The translations under genes and the position numbers were made by a program. Positions 17,370-26,335 of a stretch of 64,000 nucleotides of DNA are shown here, piece after piece (within the stretch, counting starts at the first letter, position 1; the number at the start of each line of letters is the position of its first letter). The stretch is from an uncultured Caulobacterales bacterium. Lineage in GTDB: Bacteria > Pseudomonadota > Alphaproteobacteria > Caulobacterales > Parvularculaceae. The notes beneath the pieces were generated by a model that made no database searches, had not been told where the DNA came from, and worked only from the letters and a program-made list of their open reading frames with translations. The stretch spans positions 64,011 to 128,010 of the forward strand of contig CAZDRH010000009.1 in NCBI GenBank assembly GCA_964507915.1, written 5' to 3'.

Positions 17370-19076
17370 ATGGCTCGCATCCTCATCACCTCCGCCCTGC
17401 CTTACATCAACGGCGTCAAGCATCTCGGCAATCTTGTCGGCTCAATGCTGCCGGCCGATGTCTACGCGCGGTTCAAGCGGGCGCAGGGGCATGAGGTCCT
17501 GTTCATCTGCGCGACGGACGAACACGGCACGCCGGCGGAGCTCGCCGCCCGGGCGGCCCAACAAATGGTCGAGCGCTATTGCGCCGAGCAGCACGACATT
17601 CAGAAACGTGCGGGCGACGGCTTTGGGCTCTCTTTCGACCATTTCGGACGCACATCGAACCCGCCGAACCATCGGCTGACTCAGCATTTTGCCGCCGCGC
17701 TCGAGGCCAAAGGCCTCATCGAAGAGCGCGCGACGCGGCAAATCTATTCGATCGACGACCAGCGCTTCCTGCCCGACCGTTATGTCGAGGGCGTTTGCCC
17801 CAATTGTGCCTATGAGAAAGCGCGCGGCGACCAATGCGACAATTGCGGCACGCTGCTCGATCCCCTGGATCTCAAAGATCCGTACTCGGCCATATCAGGC
17901 TCACGCAACATCGAGGTGCGCGAGACGAAGCACCTCTATTTGCTGCAGTCGAAGCTCCAGAGCGAAATCACGGATTGGGTGGCTGCGCGCCCCGGATGGC
18001 CGCAGCTTACGAAATCAATTGCGCAAAAATGGATCAAGGAAGGCCTGCAGGACCGCTCGATCACGCGTGATCTCTACTGGGGTATCAAGGTCGCGCATGA
18101 CGGCAAGACGCGCGTGGGTTTCGAGAACAAGGTCTTCTATGTCTGGTTCGATGCCCCGATCGGCTATATCGCCGCGACCGTCGAATGGGCCGAGAAAACC
18201 GGCTCAGATTGGGAGCGTTGGTGGCGACTTGACAAGGGCGCGGATGGGGTGACTTACGCGCAATTCATGGGCAAGGACAATGTTGCGTTCCACACGGTCT
18301 CATTCCCCTGCACCATCCTCGGCTCGGGCGAGCCCTGGAAGACCGTCGACACGCTAAAGTCACTGAACTGGCTTACTTGGTATGGCGGCAAATTCTCAAC
18401 CAGCCAGAACCGCGGCATTTTCATGGATCAGGCGCTTGAGATTATGCCCGCCGACTGCTGGCGCTGGCACCTCATGGCGAATGCGCCGGAGTCGGATGAT
18501 TCCTCCTTCACGCTGGAACAGTTCGCCGGCGTCGTGAACAAGGACCTTGCCGATGTGCTCGGCAATTTCGTGAATCGCATCACGCGCTTTTGCGCGTCGA
18601 AATTCGGCGAGGCGGTCCCCAAAGACGGGGCTTATGGCCCGTTGGAGGAAAAGCTCGCTGCTGATCTCGACGGCAAGATCGCCGCCTATACCGCCGCGCT
18701 CGAAGCGATGGAGTTCCGCAAGGCGTTCAGCGAATTGCGCGCGATCTGGGTCGCGGGGAACGAATATCTGCAGCTCGCCGCGCCCTGGACGGCGTTCAAG
18801 TCCGATCCCGCGCGCGCGGCGGCGAGCGTGCGCGCAGGCCTCAACCTTATCCCCCTCTTCGCGGCGCTTTCGGCGCCGGTCATTCCGTTCACGGCGGAAA
18901 AGATGTTCGCCGCCTTCGGGCTCGACCCGAAGACGGACGGCGTCTGGCCGTCATCGGCCGCGGCGGCGCTGCAAAAGCTGAAGCCCGGGCACAAGCTGGC
19001 GCTGCCGGATGTATTGTTCAAGAAGATCGAGGAAGAGCAGATTGCTGAATGGCGGGCGCGGTTCGGGGCGGAGTGA
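17370..19076 (+). CDS. metG: methionine--tRNA ligase
   Basis: [17 protein letters not shown] (HIGH region), CPNC..C..CDNCG zinc knuckle, KFSTSQ (KMSKS); 568 aa. Confidence 0.93.
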   Translation: MARILITSALPYINGVKHLGNLVGSMLPADVYARFKRAQGHEVLFICATDEHGTPAELAARAAQQMVERYCAEQHDIQKRAGDGFGLSFDHFGRTSNPPNHRLTQHFAAALEAKGLIEERATRQIYSIDDQRFLPDRYVEGVCPNCAYEKARGDQCDNCGTLLDPLDLKDPYSAISGSRNIEVRETKHLYLLQSKLQSEITDWVAARPGWPQLTKSIAQKWIKEGLQDRSITRDLYWGIKVAHDGKTRVGFENKVFYVWFDAPIGYIAATVEWAEKTGSDWERWWRLDKGADGVTYAQFMGKDNVAFHTVSFPCTILGSGEPWKTVDTLKSLNWLTWYGGKFSTSQNRGIFMDQALEIMPADCWRWHLMANAPESDDSSFTLEQFAGVVNKDLADVLGNFVNRITRFCASKFGEAVPKDGAYGPLEEKLAADLDGKIAAYTAALEAMEFRKAFSELRAIWVAGNEYLQLAAPWTAFKSDPARAAASVRAGLNLIPLFAALSAPVIPFTAEKMFAAFGLDPKTDGVWPSSAAAALQKLKPGHKLALPDVLFKKIEEEQIAEWRARFGAE

Positions 19077-19080
19077 GCGG

Positions 19081-19536
19081 ATGCGCATCCTTTCAAGTGT
19101 TGTCTTTCTCGTCCTCAGCATGATTGCTGCGTTGCACGTCTATTGGGGACTGGGCGGATTGTGGCCGGGATCGGATGTGCGTTCGCTGATAGATACGGTT
19201 GTCGGCGATCCGCGACTAGAGGTCATGCCGCCGACTGGCCTGACGTTGGTCGTCGCCGGACTCATCTTTGCAAGCGGCGTCTTCGCGCAACTTGCAGCGC
19301 GACGTTCGCGCGGGTTGTTCGGCTACTTCGTCAGCGCGGCGATCGTCGTGATCACGCTCGTGTTCCTCGCTCGAGGCGCCTCGGGATATCTGCTTCCCCA
19401 TTCTATTCGAACGCAGATGAGCGAGCCTTTCGCAACTTATGACCGGCTGTTCTATGCGCCGCTCTGCCTCATCCTTGGCGTGGCGTTCGCTGTCTTGCTG
19501 TACAATCGAGTGCGCCGAGGGTCAGGCTCAGCCTGA
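19081..19536 (+). CDS. DUF3995-like integral membrane protein
   Basis: Trimmed to ATG 19081. MRILSSVVFLVLSMIAALHVYWGLGGLWPG, then 3 further TM helices. Confidence 0.6.
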   Translation: MRILSSVVFLVLSMIAALHVYWGLGGLWPGSDVRSLIDTVVGDPRLEVMPPTGLTLVVAGLIFASGVFAQLAARRSRGLFGYFVSAAIVVITLVFLARGASGYLLPHSIRTQMSEPFATYDRLFYAPLCLILGVAFAVLLYNRVRRGSGSA

Positions 19537-19587
19537 AGGTCGGGTGGAGAGTGCTGGGACGCTGATAAAGAAAGCGGGGATACGGAT

Positions 19588-20040
19588 ATGACGAAGGGCG
19601 GGCTTCGGAAGGCGGCGGCAAAACACGCGCTGGCGGCGGCGCTCATTGCGGCGGCTCTTGGATCGACGGCGAGGGCAGGTGAGACCGGCGACGTCGTCAG
19701 TGCGCTGATGGACGCCTACAACAGGCACGATGTCGCCGCGATGCGTGCGCTCTGGGCCGACGACATCGTCTGGTACGACGTGAAAAGCGACGAGATGAAT
19801 GCCGCGGTCCGGGGCGCAGCGGCGTTCGAGGCCGGCATGCGCGACTATTTCAAGGCGTTCCCGGACGTGCGATCCAAGCTTTCCGGCGCGCGGGAAAGCG
19901 GCGCCTTTCTCACGGGCGTTGAAACCGCGCGCTGGACGTCCAAGGGCGAAAAGCGCAGCCAGTCCGCCCCGGTCGTCTATGAAGTCCGCGACGGCAAAGT
20001 TCGCCGCGTCTGGTACTATCCCGCTGCAAAAGGAAAATGA
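19588..20040 (+). CDS. SnoaL/NTF2-like protein with signal peptide
   Basis: Signal AAALIAAALGSTARA, then VVSALMDAYNRHDVAAMRALWADDIVWYD, typical of the SnoaL-like fold. Confidence 0.6.
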   Translation: MTKGGLRKAAAKHALAAALIAAALGSTARAGETGDVVSALMDAYNRHDVAAMRALWADDIVWYDVKSDEMNAAVRGAAAFEAGMRDYFKAFPDVRSKLSGARESGAFLTGVETARWTSKGEKRSQSAPVVYEVRDGKVRRVWYYPAAKGK

Positions 20041-20041
20041 T

Positions 20042-20827
20042 GTGAAAAACCTTTTCTCCCTCGAAGGGCGCACGGCGCTCATCACCGGCGGCTCGCGCGG
20101 CATCGGCCGGATGATTGCGCGCGGCTATCTCGCGCATGGCGCAAAGGTCTACATCTCCTCGCGCAAGGCAGATCAATGCGAAGAGACGGTTGCGGAGCTC
20201 TCCAAAGAGGGGAAGATCTTCGCGCTCCCGCAGGATGTCTCGACCGTCGAGGGCTGCAAGGCGCTCGCGCGGAACTATGCGGCGAAGGAATCCTCCCTTG
20301 ATATTCTCATCAACAATGCGGGCGCGGCCTGGGGCGCGCCCTTTGAGGAATTCCCGGAGAGCGGCTGGGACAAGGTGATGGACCTCAACGTCAAATCGCC
20401 CTTCTTCCTGACGCAGGCCTTCCACAGCGCGCTGAAGGCCGCGGCGCGCAAAGAGTGTCCCGCAAAGGTGATCATGGTCGCCTCGATCGACGGCATACGG
20501 ATCAACCCCTGGGAAACATATCCGTATCAAGCTTCCAAGGCCGGGCTCATTCACCTTACGCGCCGCATGGCGAACCGTCTGATCAAGGACAATATCTGCG
20601 TTTCCGGCATCGCGCCTGGCGCCTTCGCCTCGGAGATGAACCGCGCTGCGCGCGATCACGCGGATATGGTCTCCTCCATGGTGCCCGCTGGGCGCATCGG
20701 CGTCGATGAGGATATGGCCGGCGTCGCCATTTTCCTTGGAAGCAAAGCGGGCGACTACGTCGTCGGCGAGACAATCGCCGTCGACGGCGGCGTCGCCCAT
20801 GCCGGGTTTGGACATTTCGGCGGCTGA
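20042..20827 (+). CDS. SDR family oxidoreductase
   Basis: Track ORF 19799.. trimmed to in-frame GTG 20042 after AAGGAA. TGGSRGIG, NNAG, YQASK catalytic motif. Confidence 0.85.
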   Translation: MKNLFSLEGRTALITGGSRGIGRMIARGYLAHGAKVYISSRKADQCEETVAELSKEGKIFALPQDVSTVEGCKALARNYAAKESSLDILINNAGAAWGAPFEEFPESGWDKVMDLNVKSPFFLTQAFHSALKAAARKECPAKVIMVASIDGIRINPWETYPYQASKAGLIHLTRRMANRLIKDNICVSGIAPGAFASEMNRAARDHADMVSSMVPAGRIGVDEDMAGVAIFLGSKAGDYVVGETIAVDGGVAHAGFGHFGG

Positions 20828-20896
20828 ACGCGCCTCGTGCGACTTGACTGCCGGTCTTGCTCAGCAAGGATGCCGAGGTGACGGGCGAGGGGGGCA

Positions 20897-22105
20897 ATGT
20901 CCGAGCCGGCCTGGCCGAATGCGGCGCTGAAACGACATCTGGCTGGTCCGGGCCCTAAGCGCATCTTGGCGCTCGACGGCGGCGGCGTGCGGGGCATACT
21001 GTCGCTCGGCATTCTCGATCATATTGAGCGCGTGCTCGCGGAGCAAAGCGGCGCTGGCGGGGCCTTCAGACTGTGCGACTATTTCGACCTCATCGCCGGC
21101 ACGTCGACTGGTTCCATCATCGCCGCCTTTCTGGCGCTCGGCAGAAGCGTTCCCGAGATCAAAGAATATTATGGGATGATGGCGCCGGAGGTCTTCGCCC
21201 GATCGCAGGCAGTCGGCGCCCGCGTGCCGAAATTTCACGCATCGGCGTTCGAGCGGCTCCTTGACGCCGCGTTCGGCGCGCAGACGCTCGGATCCGCGGA
21301 CATGAAAACCGGCCTCCTCATATGCACCAAGCGCATGGATACGGGCGGGCAATGGCCGATCTGCAACGATCCGCGAGGCCGCTATTACGCGCCGCCTGAC
21401 GGACGCATCTTTCCGAACCGGGACTATCCGTTGAAGATGTTGATCAGGGCCAGCACCGCGGCTCCCTATTACTTCGATCCCGTCCGCATCACCATCGCCA
21501 ACCACCCGGACTTTGAGAAAGAGACCGGCATGTTCGTAGATGGCGGCGTCGGCGGCGACAACAATCCAAGCCTGCAGGCGTTCAAGACCGCAACGCTCAG
21601 CGGCTACGGCGTCAACTGGCCGGTCGGGGAGAACAACATCTTGCTCATCTCTGTCGGCGCAGGATGGCGGCGGCCTCGTATTGACCTCAAGCGCTACGCT
21701 GCGATGTGGAACTGGGAGAAGGCGAAAGAAGCGCTGGGCGGTCTCATTCAAGAAACGGTCCAGCAGAACATTGTGACGCTTCAGGCCCTCGCGGCCGTGC
21801 GCAAGCCCTGGTACGTCAACAGCGAACTCGGCCGTATGGAAACGATGCGCTGGGCTGACCCGCCCCTTCTCACCTTCCAACGCTACGATGCGCCTATGGA
21901 TGACGCAGCGGTCGTGGAGGCGCTCAGCCTAGCGGGGAAAGACGCCTCGGAGATCAAGCGTCTGCTGAAGGGCCTTTTACAGATCGACAACGCATCAAAG
22001 GACAATCTTCGCCATCTCCATGCCTTGGGCCTTGCCGCCGGATCCCATGTCGAAAGCGCCGACTTTCCGGACGCTTTCAAGATCGAGGCAATGCAAGCTG
22101 ATTGA
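20897..22105 (+). CDS. patatin-like phospholipase family protein
   Basis: LALDGGGVRGI (oxyanion hole), GTSTGS (nucleophile Ser), DGGV (Asp) dyad; 402 aa. Confidence 0.85.
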   Translation: MSEPAWPNAALKRHLAGPGPKRILALDGGGVRGILSLGILDHIERVLAEQSGAGGAFRLCDYFDLIAGTSTGSIIAAFLALGRSVPEIKEYYGMMAPEVFARSQAVGARVPKFHASAFERLLDAAFGAQTLGSADMKTGLLICTKRMDTGGQWPICNDPRGRYYAPPDGRIFPNRDYPLKMLIRASTAAPYYFDPVRITIANHPDFEKETGMFVDGGVGGDNNPSLQAFKTATLSGYGVNWPVGENNILLISVGAGWRRPRIDLKRYAAMWNWEKAKEALGGLIQETVQQNIVTLQALAAVRKPWYVNSELGRMETMRWADPPLLTFQRYDAPMDDAAVVEALSLAGKDASEIKRLLKGLLQIDNASKDNLRHLHALGLAAGSHVESADFPDAFKIEAMQAD

Positions 22106-22107
22106 GG

Positions 22108-22220
22108 CGGCCTAGATTATCAGGCGCGATTTCAGAATCGCGCCTGATAATCAAGCCATTATTCTAGCGCGCCTTTTTGCGCAAAACCGGTATCCACTTT
22201 TGCGCCCGGCGCGCTAGCAG
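22108..22220. repeat. composite palindromic intergenic element (RIME/REP-like)
   Basis: Perfect 17-bp stem GATTATCAGGCGCGATT (22115-22131), loop TCAG, AATCGCGCCTGATAATC (22136-22152). Second inverted repeat CTAGCGCGCC (22164-22173) / GGCGCGCTAG (22208-22217) encloses TTTTGCGCAAAA. Confidence 0.75.
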
Positions 22221-22244
22221 GCCCCAATCGGCTGCCTGCTGTCG

Positions 22245-23717
22245 TTACTTCGCCGTCTTATCAAGCTCCGCGATGCGCGCTTCGAGAGCGGCGATCATGC
22301 GCTGGCGCCGATCGGCTTCGCGCGCGGCTTCCGCGTGCAGACTGGCGACCGCTTTGCGCAGCGCGGCGGCTTCCTTCTTCGGATCGGGTGTGCCGTTCTT
22401 CGTTGAGCAGATGATCATGCGATCGACGAATTTCGTTTTTCCATCCGCGCTCTCGGACTTTTCGTCGATCAAGGGCTTGACCGGCTTGCCGTCGGCGTCT
22501 TTGCAGTCGACGCCTTCGACGGCGATTTTGCCGTCTGCGACGCTGACGTCGCCGCCGCCGAGAACCATGACGCGCGGCGTCCCGTCCATCGGCGGAAGTC
22601 CCGCCAGCACTTCGGCCACGTCCACATCGGCGCCGCCGCTCTTGCGGACCATGACGATGGTCTTACCGTCTTCGGAAGACGTGGCTTGTTCGCCGTCGCC
22701 GAGCACGGTCATGCGTTTGATCTCGACGGTCTTTGTTTCCTGCGCGGCCGCCTTCTTTTCTTCGGCATGGCTGTAGCTTGCCGAGACGGCGACGCCGACG
22801 ACGACGGCGCAGATCGCAGCGGCGCGCGCGGCAGGTCTTGCTCTGGTTGCGGTTTTCATCAGCACAAGTCTCTCCTTCAGGTCAAAAGCGATGGACAAAG
22901 CATGGGTCGGCGCCGGACCGCGCGCGGCTTTCACCAGCGCTTCGGCGTAAACATTGGAAGACTTCGGGTCATCCGTTGAGCGGCGCAGGACGAGCGCGTC
23001 GCAAGCGGCCTCCTGATCGGCGCGGAAGGCGCGCCAGGCGGCGTGTACGACCGGATTGAACCATTGCAGCGCGCGCAGCACAGTCGCTGCAAAGGCGGCG
23101 TAAAGATCGCCGCGCGCGACATGGGCGAATTCATGGGCGAGCGCCATCTGACGCTCATGCGAGGAGAGGCGGGTTGCAAAACACGCCGGCACGACGATCA
23201 CCGGCCGGAAGAACCCGGCGACGAGCGGCCCTGTCTCGTCGGCGGCGACGCGTAGATCGAAGCCCCTTCTGTAACCGCGGCGCCAGGAGACAGTCGTCGC
23301 CTCGGCGAGAAGATCCTGCGGCGCGGGTCGGGATGTTGCGAGCAGGCGCATCCGGAAGGCGCGTTGTGCGCCGAATTGCCAGAGTGCGTAGGCCAAGGCC
23401 CCCATTCCCCAAAGCGCGATAAATAGGAGATGGATATCCGGCTCTTGCGCCGCCGCCGCGAAGGGGGCGACCGTCAAGGCGGATAAGTCCATCGTCGCAG
23501 CGGCGGCCGAAGGCGCGAAAAGAGATTCCGCCGGAGCCGGAAGAACCGCGATTTCCGGCGCGACGAAGCGGAGAGCGGGCGCGAGCCACAAGAGATAAGC
23601 TGCTTCCGCGCCAAAGCGGCGCGCGACTGGTCGCCGAACGATCAGGACGAGCACGATCAAGGCGCTCGTCGCCAGCGTCGTTTCCATCAGCCAGGACAGG
23701 AAATCAGCGGCGGCCAT
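22245..23717 (-). CDS. M56 family (BlaR1/MecR1-like) membrane metalloprotease/signal transducer with non-PBP C-terminal region
   Basis: Trimmed to ATG 23717, overlapping the blaI-like stop by 14 nt. MAADFLSWLMETTL, HEFAHVARGD (HExxH). The C-terminal 190 aa is charged/coiled-coil, not a penicillin-binding fold. Confidence 0.8.
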   Translation of the reverse strand: MAAADFLSWLMETTLATSALIVLVLIVRRPVARRFGAEAAYLLWLAPALRFVAPEIAVLPAPAESLFAPSAAAATMDLSALTVAPFAAAAQEPDIHLLFIALWGMGALAYALWQFGAQRAFRMRLLATSRPAPQDLLAEATTVSWRRGYRRGFDLRVAADETGPLVAGFFRPVIVVPACFATRLSSHERQMALAHEFAHVARGDLYAAFAATVLRALQWFNPVVHAAWRAFRADQEAACDALVLRRSTDDPKSSNVYAEALVKAARGPAPTHALSIAFDLKERLVLMKTATRARPAARAAAICAVVVGVAVSASYSHAEEKKAAAQETKTVEIKRMTVLGDGEQATSSEDGKTIVMVRKSGGADVDVAEVLAGLPPMDGTPRVMVLGGGDVSVADGKIAVEGVDCKDADGKPVKPLIDEKSESADGKTKFVDRMIICSTKNGTPDPKKEAAALRKAVASLHAEAAREADRRQRMIAALEARIAELDKTAK

Positions 23718-24081
23718 TCTTGATGTCCTCCAGCAGGGCCTCGATGTCTTTGATGTCTTCGTCCGAAAGCTCGCCTGCGTCTGCGAGATGTGCGACCAGC
23801 GGCGCGGCTTTGCCGCCAAAGAGACGCGACACGAGCGAATGGGCCGCCTGCTGCGCATAGTCTTCACGCGCGAGGATGGGCCGATAGAGATAGCGCCTGC
23901 CGTCGGCCTCGGCGGCGATGGCGCCCTTGTCGACGAGGCGGGCAAGAAGCGTTTTCACCGTCTGCGCCGACCAGCCTGTCCGGCGGACGAGGCGCGCCGA
24001 CACATCAGCCGCGGCAAGCGGCGCTTCCTGCCAGAGGGCGTCCATCACCAGAAACTCGGCGTCTGTAATGCGTTCGGACAT
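23704..24081 (-). CDS. BlaI/MecI/CopY family transcriptional repressor
   Basis: ITDAEFLVMDALWQ, WSAQTVKTLLARLVDKGA, winged helix; 125 aa; located upstream of the M56 gene. Confidence 0.88.
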   Translation of the reverse strand: MSERITDAEFLVMDALWQEAPLAAADVSARLVRRTGWSAQTVKTLLARLVDKGAIAAEADGRRYLYRPILAREDYAQQAAHSLVSRLFGGKAAPLVAHLADAGELSDEDIKDIEALLEDIKNGRR

Positions 24082-24090
24082 GCCGCGCCC

Positions 24091-24137
24091 ATTGACTACA
24101 CTTGTAGCTGTATCGTCCGACCACGCTTGTGGTCAAT
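24091..24137. promoter_or_regulatory. candidate BlaI-type operator region (nested palindromes)
   Basis: CTACA-ct-TGTAG (24096-24107; TACA/TGTA core as in BlaI/MecI operators), GACCAC-gctt-GTGGTC (24119-24134), and outer ATTGAC...GTCAAT arms. Lies between divergent blaI-like and SDR genes. Confidence 0.5.
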
Positions 24138-24235
24138 CGGCTTGCGACGAACCGAATGAGTCGTCCGACAAGCTGCCGCCTTGCCCCAGACTGGCTTCCG
24201 GCGCTTATGAGCGCCAGCACAGAGGGAGTTGACCC

Positions 24236-25195
24236 ATGACCGCCCAGGCGCCCATCGGCTCAGGATTCTCAGCAAAGTCATCGGCGGACGAGGTGATGCG
24301 CGGCGTGTCGCTCGCCGGCAAGATCGCGATCGTGACGGGCGGCTATTCGGGCATCGGGGTCGATACGGTCGCAGCGCTCGCCAAGGCAGGAGCGCGGGTC
24401 ATCGTCCCGGCGCGAAACAAAGAGAAAGCCGAGGCCGCCTTGAAATCCGTGTCCGGACAGGTCGAGATCGGCGCGATGGACCTTGCCGACCTTGCAAGCG
24501 TCGACCGGTTTGCGGGCGCCATGCGCGCGGCCCTCCCGGCGCTCCACATCCTGATCAACAATGCGGGCGTCATGGCATGCCCCGAAACCCGCATCGGGCG
24601 GAACTGGGAGAGCCAGTTCGCGACCAATCACTTCGGGCATTACACGCTGACGCGCGGGCTCCTGCCCTTGTTGAGGGCGGCGAAGGGCGCGCGGGTCGTC
24701 AGTCTTTCTTCCACAGGCCACAAGCGCACGGACATCCTCTGGGACGACTGGAATTTCCAGCGCGCGCCCTACGAAAAATGGACCGCCTACGGACAATCTA
24801 AGACGGCGAACGCGCTTTTCGCCGTCGGCCTCGACGCCCGCGAGCAAGCGAACGGCGTGCGCGCCTTCGCCGTCCATCCTGGCGGCATCATGACGCCCCT
24901 CCAGCGCCATCTCCAGAAAGAGGAGATGGTCGCGATGGGCTGGATCGACGAGACGGGCGCCGTGTCTGAGGCTGCACGGCCGTTTTTCAAATCGACGAGC
25001 CAGGGCGCCGCGACAAGCCTCTGGTGCGCGACATCGCCGCAGCTAGACAGCATGGGGGGCGTCTATTGCGAGGATTGCGACGTCGCGGAAATCGCAGGCG
25101 CCAATGAGCCGCGCCACCGCACGGTGCGCACCTATGCGGTCAGCGCCGAAGGGGCCGAAAAACTCTGGACGCTGACGGAGCGCGCGCTGGCCTAG
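24236..25195 (+). CDS. SDR family oxidoreductase (retinol dehydrogenase/WWOX-like)
   Basis: VTGGYSGIG, NNAG, YGQSK; 319 aa. Confidence 0.85.
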   Translation: MTAQAPIGSGFSAKSSADEVMRGVSLAGKIAIVTGGYSGIGVDTVAALAKAGARVIVPARNKEKAEAALKSVSGQVEIGAMDLADLASVDRFAGAMRAALPALHILINNAGVMACPETRIGRNWESQFATNHFGHYTLTRGLLPLLRAAKGARVVSLSSTGHKRTDILWDDWNFQRAPYEKWTAYGQSKTANALFAVGLDAREQANGVRAFAVHPGGIMTPLQRHLQKEEMVAMGWIDETGAVSEAARPFFKSTSQGAATSLWCATSPQLDSMGGVYCEDCDVAEIAGANEPRHRTVRTYAVSAEGAEKLWTLTERALA

Positions 25196-25238
25196 CGCCG
25201 CTGCGGAGTTGTCAGCGATCATTCCATGCGCGCCGCCG

Positions 25239-26273
25239 TCAAGCCGCGGCGACGCCGAACGCCTTTCCAACAAGGAATGTCGCGCCGGCGGCAAGAATTC
25301 CGATCGCGACCATCCGTATCCCGCCCATCAGGGCGTTGCGCCCCGAAAAGAGGCTCATCGCCGCCCCGACGCCGAACAGCGATACGGCGGCGAGCGCGCC
25401 CGCTATGGCGGCTGCGCTTTCCGCACGGAGAAGAAAGGGCGCGAGCGGAATCGCCGCGCCCGCCGCGAAGGCTGCAAAAGACGACGAAGCCGCGCCTATT
25501 GGCGAACCGAGATCGTCCGGGTTGAGGCCGAGTTCTTCGCGTGCAAGCACGTCAAGGGCGTGGGCCGGATCGGCGACGAGCTTGGTTGCGACGCTGCGCG
25601 CCTCTTCGATGGGGAGGCCGCGCGCCGCATAAATGAGCGCGAGCTCTTCGGCCTCCTCTGCCGGATACATGGCGAGCTCCTCGCGTTCCTGTCCGATCTG
25701 GTGCTCAAACATTTCGCGCTGCGTCCGTACGGAGATGAATTCGCCCGCCGCCATCGAGAACGCGCCGGCGAGCAGACCGGCGACGCCGGAGAGGAGCGCC
25801 ATCTCGGGCGCAACGCCCGCCGCGGCGACGCCCATTAGGAGGCTCGTGTTGGAGAGGATTCCGTCGTTGACCCCGAAAACCGCCGCGCGCAGTGTGCCGC
25901 CTTTCGAACTGCGGTGCCGTGCGCCATCATCGCCGGCGACGGTCGGCATCTCATGGCCAATCCGCAAAGGGCCGCTATAGACGGAAAGGCCCCGGACTTT
26001 CGACGCCGCAAGGATGGGCCGCATCGAAACTGGCGCCGCGACGTGCAGCAGGCCGGAAATCAGACGTGCGCGGAAGCCGGGCGAGAATTGCGGCGTCGCG
26101 GCAAGCTCCTTGGCGATAAGGTCCGTTTGCGCGCGGCCTTCTGTAGCGAGCTTTTCAAAGAGAGCGCGTTTGGCGGGATCCTTCTCGCGCCTGGCGACGG
26201 CGGCCGTGAGATAGGCGGCGGTCATTTCCTGCCGCCACCGGCGGCGGAGGTCTTCTTGAGACGATCCGGGCAT
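25239..26273 (-). CDS. VIT1/CCC1 family iron/manganese transporter
   Basis: LRAAVFGVNDGILSNTSLLMGV, AGEFISVRTQRE, C-terminal TM bundle. Start is uncertain (ATG 26273 or ATG 26225). Confidence 0.8.
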   Translation of the reverse strand: MPGSSQEDLRRRWRQEMTAAYLTAAVARREKDPAKRALFEKLATEGRAQTDLIAKELAATPQFSPGFRARLISGLLHVAAPVSMRPILAASKVRGLSVYSGPLRIGHEMPTVAGDDGARHRSSKGGTLRAAVFGVNDGILSNTSLLMGVAAAGVAPEMALLSGVAGLLAGAFSMAAGEFISVRTQREMFEHQIGQEREELAMYPAEEAEELALIYAARGLPIEEARSVATKLVADPAHALDVLAREELGLNPDDLGSPIGAASSSFAAFAAGAAIPLAPFLLRAESAAAIAGALAAVSLFGVGAAMSLFSGRNALMGGIRMVAIGILAAGATFLVGKAFGVAAA

Positions 26274-26335
26274 TGCAGCGCACCCTTTCCGAATTCGGAC
26301 AAGCGTATAACATCTGCAGACGGGCGGGGTGCGTC

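Noticed and set aside
19799-20827. Long N-terminal extensions in track ORFs. Examples: 19799 (SDR), 30046 (DUF1499), 59040 (rpoD), 57188 (dnaG), 22245..23945 (M56), 9880 (ACAD), 26273 (amidohydrolase), 31274..33184 (cobT), 50546..51796 (carA).
   Set aside because: The extensions overlap upstream genes or are Arg/Pro-rich junk. Internal starts with Shine-Dalgarno-like sequences give family-typical N-termini, so the coordinates were trimmed.
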